This document shows, in pieces, positions 9,549 through 19,405 of a stretch of 54,538 nucleotides of DNA. Every line of letters starts with the position of its first letter. Within the stretch, counting starts at the first letter, position 1. The DNA is from an uncultured bacterium (GTDB taxonomy: Bacteria; Babelota; Babeliae; Babelales; CAIQNR01), in NCBI GenBank assembly GCA_903873255.1, contig CAIQNR010000031.1:1-54538 (forward strand). Direction: 5' to 3'. A program made the translations under genes and the position numbers. The notes beneath the pieces were generated by a model. It was not told the DNA's origin and did no database searches. It saw only the letters and a list, made by a program, of their open reading frames with translations.

Positions 9549-11687
9549 ATGAACTTAATAACTAAAGACCGCTTTGCCCTTATAAAAAGTTACATACTAA
9601 CCCCTCTCATTCTTATCATCACAACAATAATAACCTACTACCCCTCACTCTTTTACGACTTCCAATTTGATGACATCGCAAATATAAAAAAGTTTTTCGC
9701 ACTCAGAACACACACATTCTGGGATTTTGCATTTAAAGGATCCCGTTGGATCAGCTACTGGCTCAATACCGTTAACTACAATCTTGGCAAGTTTGATCCC
9801 TTTTATTACCGTGTTTTTAATGTTGCATTCCATACCATTACGGGAATTTTAATATTTTTTGTCACAATCAAACTGCTGCAATTAACAAAAAAGAATGGTT
9901 TTTATTCTGTACGTGCTCTACCAATTGCAGCGCTAACCTCATTACTTTTTTTATTACATCCCGTACAAACACAAACAGTTTCATATGTAATTCAAGGGCA
10001 ACTTGAAGGACTTGCAGGCCTTTTTATTATGGCGATTATGCTCTGTTTTATTTTTATGACAACCACAAAAAAACGCTACCTCTCTTATATTCTTGGTGTA
10101 GTTATTTGCCTACTGGGATATATTTCATGCGGCACCAAAGAGATAGCTATTCTTTCTCCTGTTATGATGCTTCTTATTGATTGGTTTTTTATTGCACAAG
10201 CAGATTTTAAACAAATAAAAAAACGAATCCCTTTTTACTTGCTCTTTACTGGAATCTTGATTGGTCAATACATCTATGTTTTAAAACCACATTTATGTAA
10301 AACATATGTCATGGGTAATATTCAGCTCAATAACAATGTTGGCAATGTTATTACACAAGTAGCCGGAGAAAAAATAACACGTTGGAATTACTTCATTTCT
10401 CAATTTAAAGTAATTATTCATTACATTTGGATATTTATCTGTCCAACAAAATTAAGTGTTGATTATGATTGGAAAATGGTATCTGGTTTTTTTACTAGTG
10501 AATGTCTTTTTCCTCTTTTACTCTTACTATTTATTGCGGGATGGGTTCTTAACTTACTAAGAAAAAATAAAATTGATGTACGAGCATTTGCCGCTTTATG
10601 GTTCTTTATTGGACTTTCTCCTCGATCCACTTTTATTCCTTCAACCGAACTTATAGCTGATTACAAAACCTATTTTAGTTCCTATGGATGGCTTTTTTTA
10701 ATGGCCATTGCACTTGTTTACTTATTTGAATGGACCATTAAAAAAATTACAAAAAAGAATGATCTTCAAACCAACTATAGCTATCTTGCTTTTGGGCTTG
10801 CAGCACTCTTTTTAGGCCATGCAACCTATGAAAGAAATAAAGTATGGCGATCACAAGAAGAATTTTGGATGAATATTATTCAAAATTCACCAAAAAAAGC
10901 ACGTGGATATAACAACTATGCCGTAGCAATTGCAGAAAAAAATCGTCATGAAGAAGCTATTCCTTATCTTAGAAAAGCAATAAAAATGGATGCTTACTAC
11001 CCTGATCCATGGAGTAACATTGCTGTATGTTTTAGCGCTACTGGTCAAGTTGATATGGCAATTATGCAACTTGAAAAAGCAATTCAAATTAATCCAAACT
11101 ACCCAGAGTTTTACAACAATCTTGCATCTTTTTATTTAAACAAAAAGAATTTCCCACGTGTTGAACAACTTGCAAATTATGCAATAAAATTACGTCCACA
11201 TTATGGCAAAGCTTATTTTAATTTAGGCCAAGCTCTTTATGAACAAGGGAAAAAAGAAGAAGCACTCGAAAAACTACGCTTTGCATGCCTTAAAGCAGAT
11301 TTTGATACTGTAGAAGCGTTTACTGCCTATGCACAACTTTCTCTTGAATTACAGAAATTTGATGAAGCTGTAATTGGATACCAAAATATATGCGCACTTG
11401 AACCACATAATCCTGATCACCATTTTAATTTAGCAAACGGTTATTACTGCACTAAGCAGTATGACAAAGCAAAGCAAATCTACAAAATGCTTATCGCTCA
11501 AAATCAACAAGAATATCGCTCATGGTTTAATTTAGCTGAAACACATATTGTGCTTGGCGAAACACCAGAAGCTATTGAATGCTTTAAAATAGCACAACCA
11601 CTTGGACTTGAAGTTCCACAAATTGGACTCCGCATTACTCAATTTATCGGAAACAGCCAACCTGGCGCACAACAACATATTGTATAA
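9549..11687 (+). CDS. TMTC-like membrane glycosyltransferase with C-terminal TPRs
   Basis: FQFDD after the first TM, YRVFNVAFH, FLLHPVQTQTVSY, KE, LSVDY, RNKVW motifs; about 7 TPR repeats. Confidence 0.8.
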   Translation: MNLITKDRFALIKSYILTPLILIITTIITYYPSLFYDFQFDDIANIKKFFALRTHTFWDFAFKGSRWISYWLNTVNYNLGKFDPFYYRVFNVAFHTITGILIFFVTIKLLQLTKKNGFYSVRALPIAALTSLLFLLHPVQTQTVSYVIQGQLEGLAGLFIMAIMLCFIFMTTTKKRYLSYILGVVICLLGYISCGTKEIAILSPVMMLLIDWFFIAQADFKQIKKRIPFYLLFTGILIGQYIYVLKPHLCKTYVMGNIQLNNNVGNVITQVAGEKITRWNYFISQFKVIIHYIWIFICPTKLSVDYDWKMVSGFFTSECLFPLLLLLFIAGWVLNLLRKNKIDVRAFAALWFFIGLSPRSTFIPSTELIADYKTYFSSYGWLFLMAIALVYLFEWTIKKITKKNDLQTNYSYLAFGLAALFLGHATYERNKVWRSQEEFWMNIIQNSPKKARGYNNYAVAIAEKNRHEEAIPYLRKAIKMDAYYPDPWSNIAVCFSATGQVDMAIMQLEKAIQINPNYPEFYNNLASFYLNKKNFPRVEQLANYAIKLRPHYGKAYFNLGQALYEQGKKEEALEKLRFACLKADFDTVEAFTAYAQLSLELQKFDEAVIGYQNICALEPHNPDHHFNLANGYYCTKQYDKAKQIYKMLIAQNQQEYRSWFNLAETHIVLGETPEAIECFKIAQPLGLEVPQIGLRITQFIGNSQPGAQQHIV

Positions 11688-11700
11688 GCTAATAAACTTT

Positions 11701-11727
11701 AAGGCCGGAATTTATCCGGCCTATTTT
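11701..11727 (+). terminator. Intrinsic terminator
   Basis: aggccgga-attta-tccggcct followed by atttt. Confidence 0.7.
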
Positions 11728-11754
11728 GACAAAATAGCGGCCTGGTGGCATTCT
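11726..11754 (+). promoter_or_regulatory. Sigma70 promoter with extended -10
   Basis: TTGACA-17bp-CATTCT with TG upstream of the -10. Confidence 0.55.
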
Positions 11755-11802
11755 ACTAACTAGATGGAATATTTAGGGATACTTTTATTATGGTAGGTTA
11801 TT

Positions 11803-12144
11803 ATGAAAAAAATCAGTCTTTTATTTGCGTTTTTAGCTACACAAATCACATTTTGTCCAGGCAATTTAGAAAAAGAATCTCTCGAGTCAAAAAACCTTAT
11901 AGAAAGAGTCTTGCTTAATCAAAATCGTGCAATCTCAAAATCTCTTTATGATGCACTAGTTAGAACTAGAAGAATACAACCTGACGAAGTATTTATAACG
12001 ACAGAAATACATTTATCAACTCCAAGAGCTTATAGTGTCAGTATTTTATTTGATATGACACATCTTAATAGACCAGACTATCCAATAATAATCAACTACA
12101 CAGAACCAATAGAGCCATTTAATCACCTTACCAGAAATCAATAA
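11803..12144 (+). CDS. Small secreted orphan, paralog A
   Basis: MKKISLLFAFLATQITFCPG N-terminus and YTEPIEPFN...RNQ C-terminus shared with the next gene. Confidence 0.8.
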   Translation: MKKISLLFAFLATQITFCPGNLEKESLESKNLIERVLLNQNRAISKSLYDALVRTRRIQPDEVFITTEIHLSTPRAYSVSILFDMTHLNRPDYPIIINYTEPIEPFNHLTRNQ

Positions 12145-12204
12145 CACTCTTTTTTTGACCCAATTTTCGTTTACACATAATAGATATTTATTTTTAAGGT
12201 TATT

Positions 12205-12537
12205 ATGAAAAAAATTAGTCTTTTACTTGCATTCTTAGCGGCACAAATCACATTTTGTCCAGGCGATTTTACTAAATCTACTTCGCACAATATTGTGGCA
12301 ATTCATTTAACGATGAAAGCAGATAAGTTTTCGCAAGCAATGCTTCAAAAAGTGTATTTCCGCGATCCTTCGCTATCTATGTATGAAATAGGTGTAAGTA
12401 TATGCATAAACCTATCCGGACTACGTTCTTCTTTTACAAGTACATTTTATGGTCCAGACAACCAACTATTTTGTACAATTGAAGCAACTTACACAGAACC
12501 AATAGAACCATTTAATACGCAACCCAGAAATCAATAA
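12205..12537 (+). CDS. Small secreted orphan, paralog B
   Basis: MKKISLLLAFLAAQITFCPG ... YTEPIEPFN...RNQ. Confidence 0.8.
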   Translation: MKKISLLLAFLAAQITFCPGDFTKSTSHNIVAIHLTMKADKFSQAMLQKVYFRDPSLSMYEIGVSICINLSGLRSSFTSTFYGPDNQLFCTIEATYTEPIEPFNTQPRNQ

Positions 12538-12547
12538 TGCTCTCTTT

Positions 12548-12576
12548 TTGACCCAACTTTCATTTGCCGGTAAACT
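12548..12576 (+). promoter_or_regulatory. Putative valS promoter
   Basis: TTGACC-17bp-TAAACT. Confidence 0.5.
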
Positions 12577-12621
12577 TTATCTAAGAATTCTTTAAACATT
12601 TTATCCGTAGATGCAGGAACC

Positions 12622-15117
12622 ATGGAAAAAAAATATGACCACCTTACTGGTGATGCCAAAGCACAAAAAAAATGGGCTCAAGAAAAAACCTATCAAGCTC
12701 AACGTGCTTCAGAAAAACAACTTTTTAGTATAGATACACCACCACCAACAGTCTCTGGATCGCTTCATATTGGTCATATTTTCTCCTATACACAAACGGA
12801 TATCATCGCTCGCTTTAAGCGACTTTCTGGCTTTAATGTTTTTTACCCTTTCGGTTTTGATGACAACGGCCTTCCTACGGAAAAATATGTAGAAAAAAAA
12901 CATAAAGTCAGCGCACACCGTATGGGTAGATCTGAATTTATAAAATTATGTTCAAAAGAATCCCAAGAAATTGGCCTAGTTTTTGCAAATTTATGGCAAC
13001 GTATGGGTATTTCTGCAGATTGGGCACACACCTACTCAACTATTTCAGCTGATGTACGTAAAATTTCTCAAGCATCATTTATCGATCTCTATAACAAAGG
13101 GTTTGTCTATCAAAAAGAAGACCCTGCTTTATATTGTACTGTTTGCCAAACAACTGTAGCGCAAGCGGAACTTGATGATACACAAGTATCCTCTCACTTT
13201 TCTGACATTACCTTTAAAACAACTGATGGTGAATCAGTTGTTATTGGCACAACACGTCCCGAACTCCTTCCTTCATGCGTAGCGCTTTTTTACCACCCAG
13301 AAGACACACGATATACACACCTTGCAGGTAAAAAAGTTATTGTTCCAATTTTTGGGCATGAAGTTCCTGTTCTTGCGGATGATACCGTTCAACAAGAAAA
13401 AGGCACCGGCCTTGTTATGTGTTGTACCTTTGGAGATAAAAATGATATTCACTGGTACAAAATTCACAAACTTCCCTACCGTCAATCAATTGAACGCAAT
13501 GGAACATGGTCAAGCAATACAGGCATTCTTGCAGGGATGAAGGCACACGTAGCACGAGAAACTATTCTTGCAGCACTTGAAGCAGCCCAAGTCCTTGGAG
13601 AAAAACGACCAATTACACATACCGTTAATGTGCATGAACGCTGCAAACATGAAATTGAATATATTGTTATTAAACAATGGTTCTTAAATATTTTAGATCA
13701 CAAACAAGCATTCTTAGATACCGGCGATGCTATTGAATGGCACCCTGCATTTATGAAATCACGTTATAAAGATTGGGTAGAAAATTTACAATGGGACTGG
13801 TGCTTAAGCAGACAACGTTTTTATGGCATACCATTTCCAGTCTGGCACTGTATAACTTGCGACCACATTATACCAGCAAATACAACTCAGCTTCCTATTG
13901 ACCCACAAGAAACAGAGTGTCCGGCTTCTATATGTCCGCAATGTAAGAGTAAACATTTTAGAGCTGATACTGACGTAATGGATACCTGGAACACGTCATC
14001 TCTTTCTCCTTATATTTGTGATGCTCTCTTTACAGGAAACAGCGACGCATTGTTTGGATCAGCAAAACCAGCACTACTGCCTATGTCTATGCGACCTCAA
14101 GCACACGATATTATTCGTACTTGGGCATTTTATACCATCATTAAGGGGTATATGCACCATGCAACACTCCCATGGAAAGAAATTGTTATTTCTGGTCATG
14201 TGCTAAGTTCTGAAAAAGACAAAATTTCAAAATCAAAAGGCAATACTCCTACAGACCCAGAAAATTTGCTTAAGGTTCATCCAGCCGATGCTATTCGTTT
14301 TTGGACCGCATCAGGAACATTGGGACAAGACATCAGTTTTTCTGAAACACAACTTGCACAAGGAAATAAATTACTTAATAAATTATGGAATGCATTTAGA
14401 TTCTTAGAAGAACATGTTGCACAAGCACCAACCACACAACCAGAAAATCTTGGAACGCTCAATGAATGGTTACTCCACAAAGCAACTGAGCATTTTAATA
14501 CCTACCGCACAAACTTAGAAAAACATGAATTTGGCAACGCACTCAATGCTGTTGAACAATTTTTTTGGCAAGATTTCTGCGACAATTATCTTGAACTCGT
14601 AAAGGATCAATTCTTTAACCCTGAAAAATATCCTGCTGAAATTATTGCTGCAACACGCTGGACACTCTATCAAACAGGACTTCGTATTCTTCAGATGTTT
14701 GCGCCGTACTTGCCCCATATCACCGAAGAACTCTATGGCCTTCTGTATCAACACCGTGAAGGGGCAAAATCAATTCATGTAACTGATTACACTACTGTTC
14801 AACTACCAATGCTTTCTCCAAAACAAGTTGAAATTGGTGATCTTTTAATTGCAATTGTTGGTGGCATTCGACGTATGAAAACCGAAAAACAACTTTCACT
14901 TAAAGCTCCACTTACTAGCTTGACCATTCACAGCGTGCATGGCGAAACCATTAAAGCACTCATGCAACATGAACAACTTCTTAAAGGTGTTATTCATGCC
15001 GATACTATCAGCTATGCAACAGGTGATGTAGAAAAATCTACGCTCACTATGGAACATGAAGTATGGTTTGCAACACTTGATATTGACCACATTCTTGACG
15101 CAAAAGAGCAAGCATGA
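12622..15117 (+). CDS. valS: Valyl-tRNA synthetase (short archaeal/rickettsial type)
   Basis: DTPPPTVSGSLHIGH, GFDDNGLPTE, WDWCLSRQRFYG, RPQAHDIIRTWAF, KISKSKGN; no C-terminal coiled-coil arm. Confidence 0.97.
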   Translation: MEKKYDHLTGDAKAQKKWAQEKTYQAQRASEKQLFSIDTPPPTVSGSLHIGHIFSYTQTDIIARFKRLSGFNVFYPFGFDDNGLPTEKYVEKKHKVSAHRMGRSEFIKLCSKESQEIGLVFANLWQRMGISADWAHTYSTISADVRKISQASFIDLYNKGFVYQKEDPALYCTVCQTTVAQAELDDTQVSSHFSDITFKTTDGESVVIGTTRPELLPSCVALFYHPEDTRYTHLAGKKVIVPIFGHEVPVLADDTVQQEKGTGLVMCCTFGDKNDIHWYKIHKLPYRQSIERNGTWSSNTGILAGMKAHVARETILAALEAAQVLGEKRPITHTVNVHERCKHEIEYIVIKQWFLNILDHKQAFLDTGDAIEWHPAFMKSRYKDWVENLQWDWCLSRQRFYGIPFPVWHCITCDHIIPANTTQLPIDPQETECPASICPQCKSKHFRADTDVMDTWNTSSLSPYICDALFTGNSDALFGSAKPALLPMSMRPQAHDIIRTWAFYTIIKGYMHHATLPWKEIVISGHVLSSEKDKISKSKGNTPTDPENLLKVHPADAIRFWTASGTLGQDISFSETQLAQGNKLLNKLWNAFRFLEEHVAQAPTTQPENLGTLNEWLLHKATEHFNTYRTNLEKHEFGNALNAVEQFFWQDFCDNYLELVKDQFFNPEKYPAEIIAATRWTLYQTGLRILQMFAPYLPHITEELYGLLYQHREGAKSIHVTDYTTVQLPMLSPKQVEIGDLLIAIVGGIRRMKTEKQLSLKAPLTSLTIHSVHGETIKALMQHEQLLKGVIHADTISYATGDVEKSTLTMEHEVWFATLDIDHILDAKEQA

Positions 15118-15575
15118 TCACCATAAAAAACACACAACGAAAACATGCAATTAATATTGAGCAGTTAAAAACAACTGCTCAAGGAATTTTAAACGAACTT
15201 GGTTATGGAGATTTTGATCTTGGAATTTGGCTAACAACCAGCAAGACAATCCGAACCTATAACCGCGACTACCGAAAAAAAGATAAGCCAACTGATATTT
15301 TATCATTTCCTTACCACACCAATTTACAACCAGGCGAGCGCATTAAAGTAACGTGTGAAGAAGATAAAAATATTGGAGACATAATCCTTGCAATTGATTT
15401 TATTAATGACCTACTACCACTTTTTGAAACTACACTTGATGAGCGCTTGCGCACTATTTTGGTTCATGGAATTTGCCACTTACTGGGCTATTCCCATTAC
15501 GATCCCGATAATGATGAAATGATGACCAAAATAGAAAAGAAGATTGCAAAAAAGCTGAATATTACGTTTAATTAA
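15114..15575 (+). CDS. ybeY: rRNA maturation endoribonuclease YbeY
   Basis: NRDYRKKDKPTDILSF, GDI, HGICHLLGYSH; ATGA overlap with valS. Confidence 0.95.
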   Translation: MITIKNTQRKHAINIEQLKTTAQGILNELGYGDFDLGIWLTTSKTIRTYNRDYRKKDKPTDILSFPYHTNLQPGERIKVTCEEDKNIGDIILAIDFINDLLPLFETTLDERLRTILVHGICHLLGYSHYDPDNDEMMTKIEKKIAKKLNITFN

Positions 15576-15608
15576 CTTACAAGTTCAATCAATTAAAAAA
15601 GGAAATAT

Positions 15609-15983
15609 ATGATTAAAAATTTAGACAAACTAAAAAAAGCACAATCTAAATTTGAAAAATTTAGACAAAATCTTACAACAGAACAAGAACAAGTTGGGGC
15701 AATACAAGCATTTGAATTTTGTTATGAACTTGCCTGGAAAACAATAAAAAAATTCCTTGAATCAGAAAATTTTGAAGTTACATCACCAAAAGATACCTTT
15801 AGAAAAGCTGCTATTAATGGAATTATATCAAACCCAGAAATCTGGTTTGATTTTCAAAATATACGCAATATCACTGTTCATACTTACGAAGAAGACAATA
15901 TTTTATTAGTTCTTAATGCCTTTGATTCTTTCTCTATAGAACTTGAAAAAGTAATTATAAACTTAGAAAAATTAAATGTATGA
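15609..15983 (+). CDS. HEPN-domain protein (HI0074-like nucleotidyltransferase substrate-binding family), putative toxin
   Basis: GAIQAFEFCYELAWK, SPKDTFR, Rx4H motif RNITVH. Confidence 0.9.
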   Translation: MIKNLDKLKKAQSKFEKFRQNLTTEQEQVGAIQAFEFCYELAWKTIKKFLESENFEVTSPKDTFRKAAINGIISNPEIWFDFQNIRNITVHTYEEDNILLVLNAFDSFSIELEKVIINLEKLNV

Positions 15984-16315
15984 TTATAGAAGAACGCCAT
16001 TTAAAAATGGTACAAGATATACTCAAAAAATATCCTTATAATTTTTTTGCATTTGGCTCTCGTGTACATGGAAAACCACGTAAATTCTCTGATTTAGATA
16101 TCTGCTTTTTTGAAAAAGTCCCTTTTAGTGTTCAATCACACATTGATGAAGATTTTGAAGAATCTTATCTCCCCTTTACTGTAGACCTTGTTGATTGGAA
16201 TTTAACAGGAGATGATTTTAAAAACGCCATAAAAAATGATCTTGTATGTATCCAAAAAACAGAAACATACCCAGAAATCCAAGCATTAATCGATGCATAT
16301 AAGACAAAAAAATAA
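15980..16315 (+). CDS. Minimal nucleotidyltransferase (MNT), putative antitoxin
   Basis: FGSRVHG...FSDLDI, LPFTVDLVD; ATGA overlap with the HEPN gene. Confidence 0.9.
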   Translation: MIIEERHLKMVQDILKKYPYNFFAFGSRVHGKPRKFSDLDICFFEKVPFSVQSHIDEDFEESYLPFTVDLVDWNLTGDDFKNAIKNDLVCIQKTETYPEIQALIDAYKTKK

Positions 16316-16434
16316 ATTTTTTGAGAGCCACCACTTAAAAAATAATCCGCCCTTTGTTGATTTAAAACCTTGATTTATGTAAAATATGTAATGTGATTCC
16401 ATTTTTTACATACTAGCCTTAAAGTGAGCTTATC

Positions 16435-17616
16435 ATGTTAATAAATCGTATTTTGATGCCTCATCTACTTGAACTAGCAAAATCATTCCCTGCAATAGCC
16501 ATCATGGGCCCTCGCCAATCGGGTAAAACGACATTAGCTAAACAAGCATTTCCACATTATGCATATGTGACTTTAGAAGATCTTGATATGCGGATGGCAG
16601 CTCAAGAAGACCCGAGAAGTTTTTTTGATACCTATGCTAAAAAAGATGGGCTTATTATTGATGAAATTCAAGAAGTTCCAGAACTTCTTTCGTACATGCA
16701 AGGAATTATTGATCAAGCTCATAAACCAGGACGATTTATTATTACCGGATCTCAGCACTTTTTAATGTATGAAAAAATCACACAAACACTTGCTGGAAGA
16801 ATTGCACTTTTAACTTTGTTACCGCTTTCTGTGGATGAACTTAAAGAAGCAAACTTACTTCCCGATACTATCGAACCATTGCTTATTAAAGGTTTTTACC
16901 CTCGTTTGTATTCGCAAATAATGCCTGTACAAATTTGGTATGCCAACTACATCAGTACCTATGTAGAAAAAGATGTTAGACAAATTCTTAATATTTCAGA
17001 TGTTGTAAAATTCCAAAAATTCATAAAATTATGTGCTGCACGTGTTGGTAATCTTATTAACTATGCCGATCTTGCACGAGATTGCGGAATTACTCCTCAT
17101 ACAGCAAAAGACTGGATATCTGTACTTGAAGCTAGTTTTATTATAAAAATTGTTACACCCTATCATAATAATTTTAGTAAACGGCTTGTAAAAAGCCCTA
17201 AATTATATTTTTATGATACTGCACTGATATGCGCACTACTTGGTATTAAAACAGAAGAAGATTTATTAATACACCCATTTAAAGGTGCAATTTTTGAATC
17301 GTTTGTTATGAGTGAACTCTTTAAACATAGTTTTAATAAAGCTGAACTCCCCAACCTTTATTTTTGGAGAGATACTCAAGGCAAAGAAATTGATTGTATT
17401 ATAGAAAAAGCTTTTGGAGTCACTATCCCAATAGAGATTAAAGCTCGTAAAACAATCGTCGAAAATTTTTTTGAAACTGGCAGTCAATGGAAATCAATAT
17501 CCAATCAACCAACAACCTCTACCTATATCATTTATAGTGGAAATGAAACAGTGCACCGTAAAACGGGCACTGCTATTAGTTGGAAAAATATTTCAGAATT
17601 TATCGACTCTCTCTAG
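16435..17616 (+). CDS. AAA_14 ATPase with DUF4143 domain
   Basis: GPRQSGKTTL, IIDEIQ, ITGS, KSPKLYFYDT, FWRD..GKEID...PIEIK. Confidence 0.92.
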   Translation: MLINRILMPHLLELAKSFPAIAIMGPRQSGKTTLAKQAFPHYAYVTLEDLDMRMAAQEDPRSFFDTYAKKDGLIIDEIQEVPELLSYMQGIIDQAHKPGRFIITGSQHFLMYEKITQTLAGRIALLTLLPLSVDELKEANLLPDTIEPLLIKGFYPRLYSQIMPVQIWYANYISTYVEKDVRQILNISDVVKFQKFIKLCAARVGNLINYADLARDCGITPHTAKDWISVLEASFIIKIVTPYHNNFSKRLVKSPKLYFYDTALICALLGIKTEEDLLIHPFKGAIFESFVMSELFKHSFNKAELPNLYFWRDTQGKEIDCIIEKAFGVTIPIEIKARKTIVENFFETGSQWKSISNQPTTSTYIIYSGNETVHRKTGTAISWKNISEFIDSL

Positions 17617-17644
17617 AAAGTTAATTTTTTAGGGCAACTTCCTC

Positions 17645-18151
17645 TTAATAATCATCGTCCTCATCTGCAACTTCTACCGTTTTTTGGTCGTTCGAGCTTG
17701 CTTCTTCGGTGTCTGCTTCTTCTGAACTGTCTTCTTTTTTGGTGTTGCTAGCTTCTTGACTGGACGCTTCTTCGTCGTCTCCATCCTCATAATCTGCATC
17801 ACTATCTTCTTGGCCTTCTGAGCCATCTTCTGTAACTTCTTCTGCATTGTTATCAACTTCATCTTCATTCTCCTTTTCATAACCTTCATTAATATCGTCT
17901 TCTACATCTTCAGTATCTTCTTCAGGCTCTTCTTGGTTTCTGCCTAAAAATCTATTTACACCTGATTGCAGACTTTTACGGACTTTTTTCCACCAATCTG
18001 GCGCCTGTGCTTTTACATGTTTTGTGGATACATTTGACTGTGGTTGTACTGCACTATTTTTTTCTAATGTTGCCCCATAATTTTGAACCACCATAATACC
18101 AAAAACGAGTAAAATAACCCGGGTAAATGGCTTTAATATGTTACTCTCCAT
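17645..18151 (-). CDS. Highly acidic secreted orphan protein
   Basis: GGGAG RBS, N-terminal hydrophobic stretch, basic amphipathic WWKKVRK, then about 95 aa D/E-rich tail. Confidence 0.75.
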   Translation of the reverse strand: MESNILKPFTRVILLVFGIMVVQNYGATLEKNSAVQPQSNVSTKHVKAQAPDWWKKVRKSLQSGVNRFLGRNQEEPEEDTEDVEDDINEGYEKENEDEVDNNAEEVTEDGSEGQEDSDADYEDGDDEEASSQEASNTKKEDSSEEADTEEASSNDQKTVEVADEDDDY

Positions 18152-18170
18152 AACTCTCCCTTTTTTCTTC

Positions 18171-18500
18171 TTATTCTAAATCTTCTAAAATACTATTCTG
18201 ATCGTAATTAGCCCTCTTGCTTTCCTGATCATCCATTTGATTATCTGTAGGAATATCATTATTTTCTGCTTCATCATCGATAACCACATTAGGATTTACC
18301 AATACATTACTTGTTGGATCAGCTGAGGGAATAGTACAACAATGATCTTTAAATCTATGTGCTGCCTTACTTAAAGTTCCAATTACGGATGAACATACTG
18401 CATGTATTTTATGAACCATACCTTGTGAATCAGACGTGCTACCTTGCAACCCGAAAACACAAACAGCCACAAACGCGAGTACTCTCTTCTTCATGAACAA
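18171..18500 (-). CDS. Small secreted orphan protein
   Basis: MKKRVLAFVAVCVFGLQG signal peptide, acidic tail, AAGGGGG RBS. Confidence 0.7.
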   Translation of the reverse strand: MFMKKRVLAFVAVCVFGLQGSTSDSQGMVHKIHAVCSSVIGTLSKAAHRFKDHCCTIPSADPTSNVLVNPNVVIDDEAENNDIPTDNQMDDQESKRANYDQNSILEDLE

Positions 18501-18605
18501 TCCCCCTTTAGATAAGCTACCTCAGTGCATCTTGATACTAAGCGTACCTATAAGAAGTGGCTAAAGTAAAGGGTTTTTGAATTTTAAGAACGCAAAATAG
18601 TGATT

Positions 18606-19289
18606 TTAAGCCAGTTTTTTATAAAATTCTCGTTCAAGAATATCACCACGATCAACTGCAGCTTTAAGCCAAATAAGCTCAAGTGCTGCTTGTTCTTCTG
18701 CTGACAACTTCCAATCAACATCTAATACACGTAGCCGGGAAGTAAGATCATACAAACAAAGCGCAACACTAACCGACACATTAAAACTTTCTACAAACCC
18801 ATACATTGGAATAGTCATAAGTTCATCTGCCGCATCAAGCGCATCTTTACTCAGACCTTCATCTTCTGTGCCAAACATAAGGGCTATTTTTGAATTGAGC
18901 GGTAATTGACTGAGTGTTTTTTTACCATGAGGCGACGTTGCAACAATGGTATATCCCGATTTTTTTAACTTTTCTATGCATGAAAGTGTTGCACTTTTAC
19001 CAGGTTCAGCCGATTTATAACGGTGTACGGTAAGCCATTTACTTGCACCCATTGCAATATTTTTTTTAATTTCAAGCGTATTTTCATGCTCAACACAGTG
19101 AATATCTTGCACGCCAAGTCCGTCACATGACCGCATAACGGCTGCAACATTATGGGACTGATGCATATCTTCGAGAAGTACTGTTATATAGCGCGTACGA
19201 TCTAAAAGATTTTTTTTAATTTTTTTCTGACGATCTTCTGTCAAAAACGTATATAAATAAGCTAACAAATTTTTTTTATCGTCTAACAT
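18606..19289 (-). CDS. trmH: tRNA Gm18 2'-O-methyltransferase
   Basis: HNVAAVMRSCD, GASKWL, FGTEDEGLS, IPMYGFVESFNVSVS. Confidence 0.88.
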   Translation of the reverse strand: MLDDKKNLLAYLYTFLTEDRQKKIKKNLLDRTRYITVLLEDMHQSHNVAAVMRSCDGLGVQDIHCVEHENTLEIKKNIAMGASKWLTVHRYKSAEPGKSATLSCIEKLKKSGYTIVATSPHGKKTLSQLPLNSKIALMFGTEDEGLSKDALDAADELMTIPMYGFVESFNVSVSVALCLYDLTSRLRVLDVDWKLSAEEQAALELIWLKAAVDRGDILEREFYKKLA

Positions 19290-19405
19290 TCATCAATCTT
19301 TCTGGGTGATAGTACACAATTAAAGTTTGCATCTCACTTAAAATATTGTATATCTTAATCGCCACTTAGTACAGAGACGATTTTTACGATTAGGATAGCA
19401 TATAT

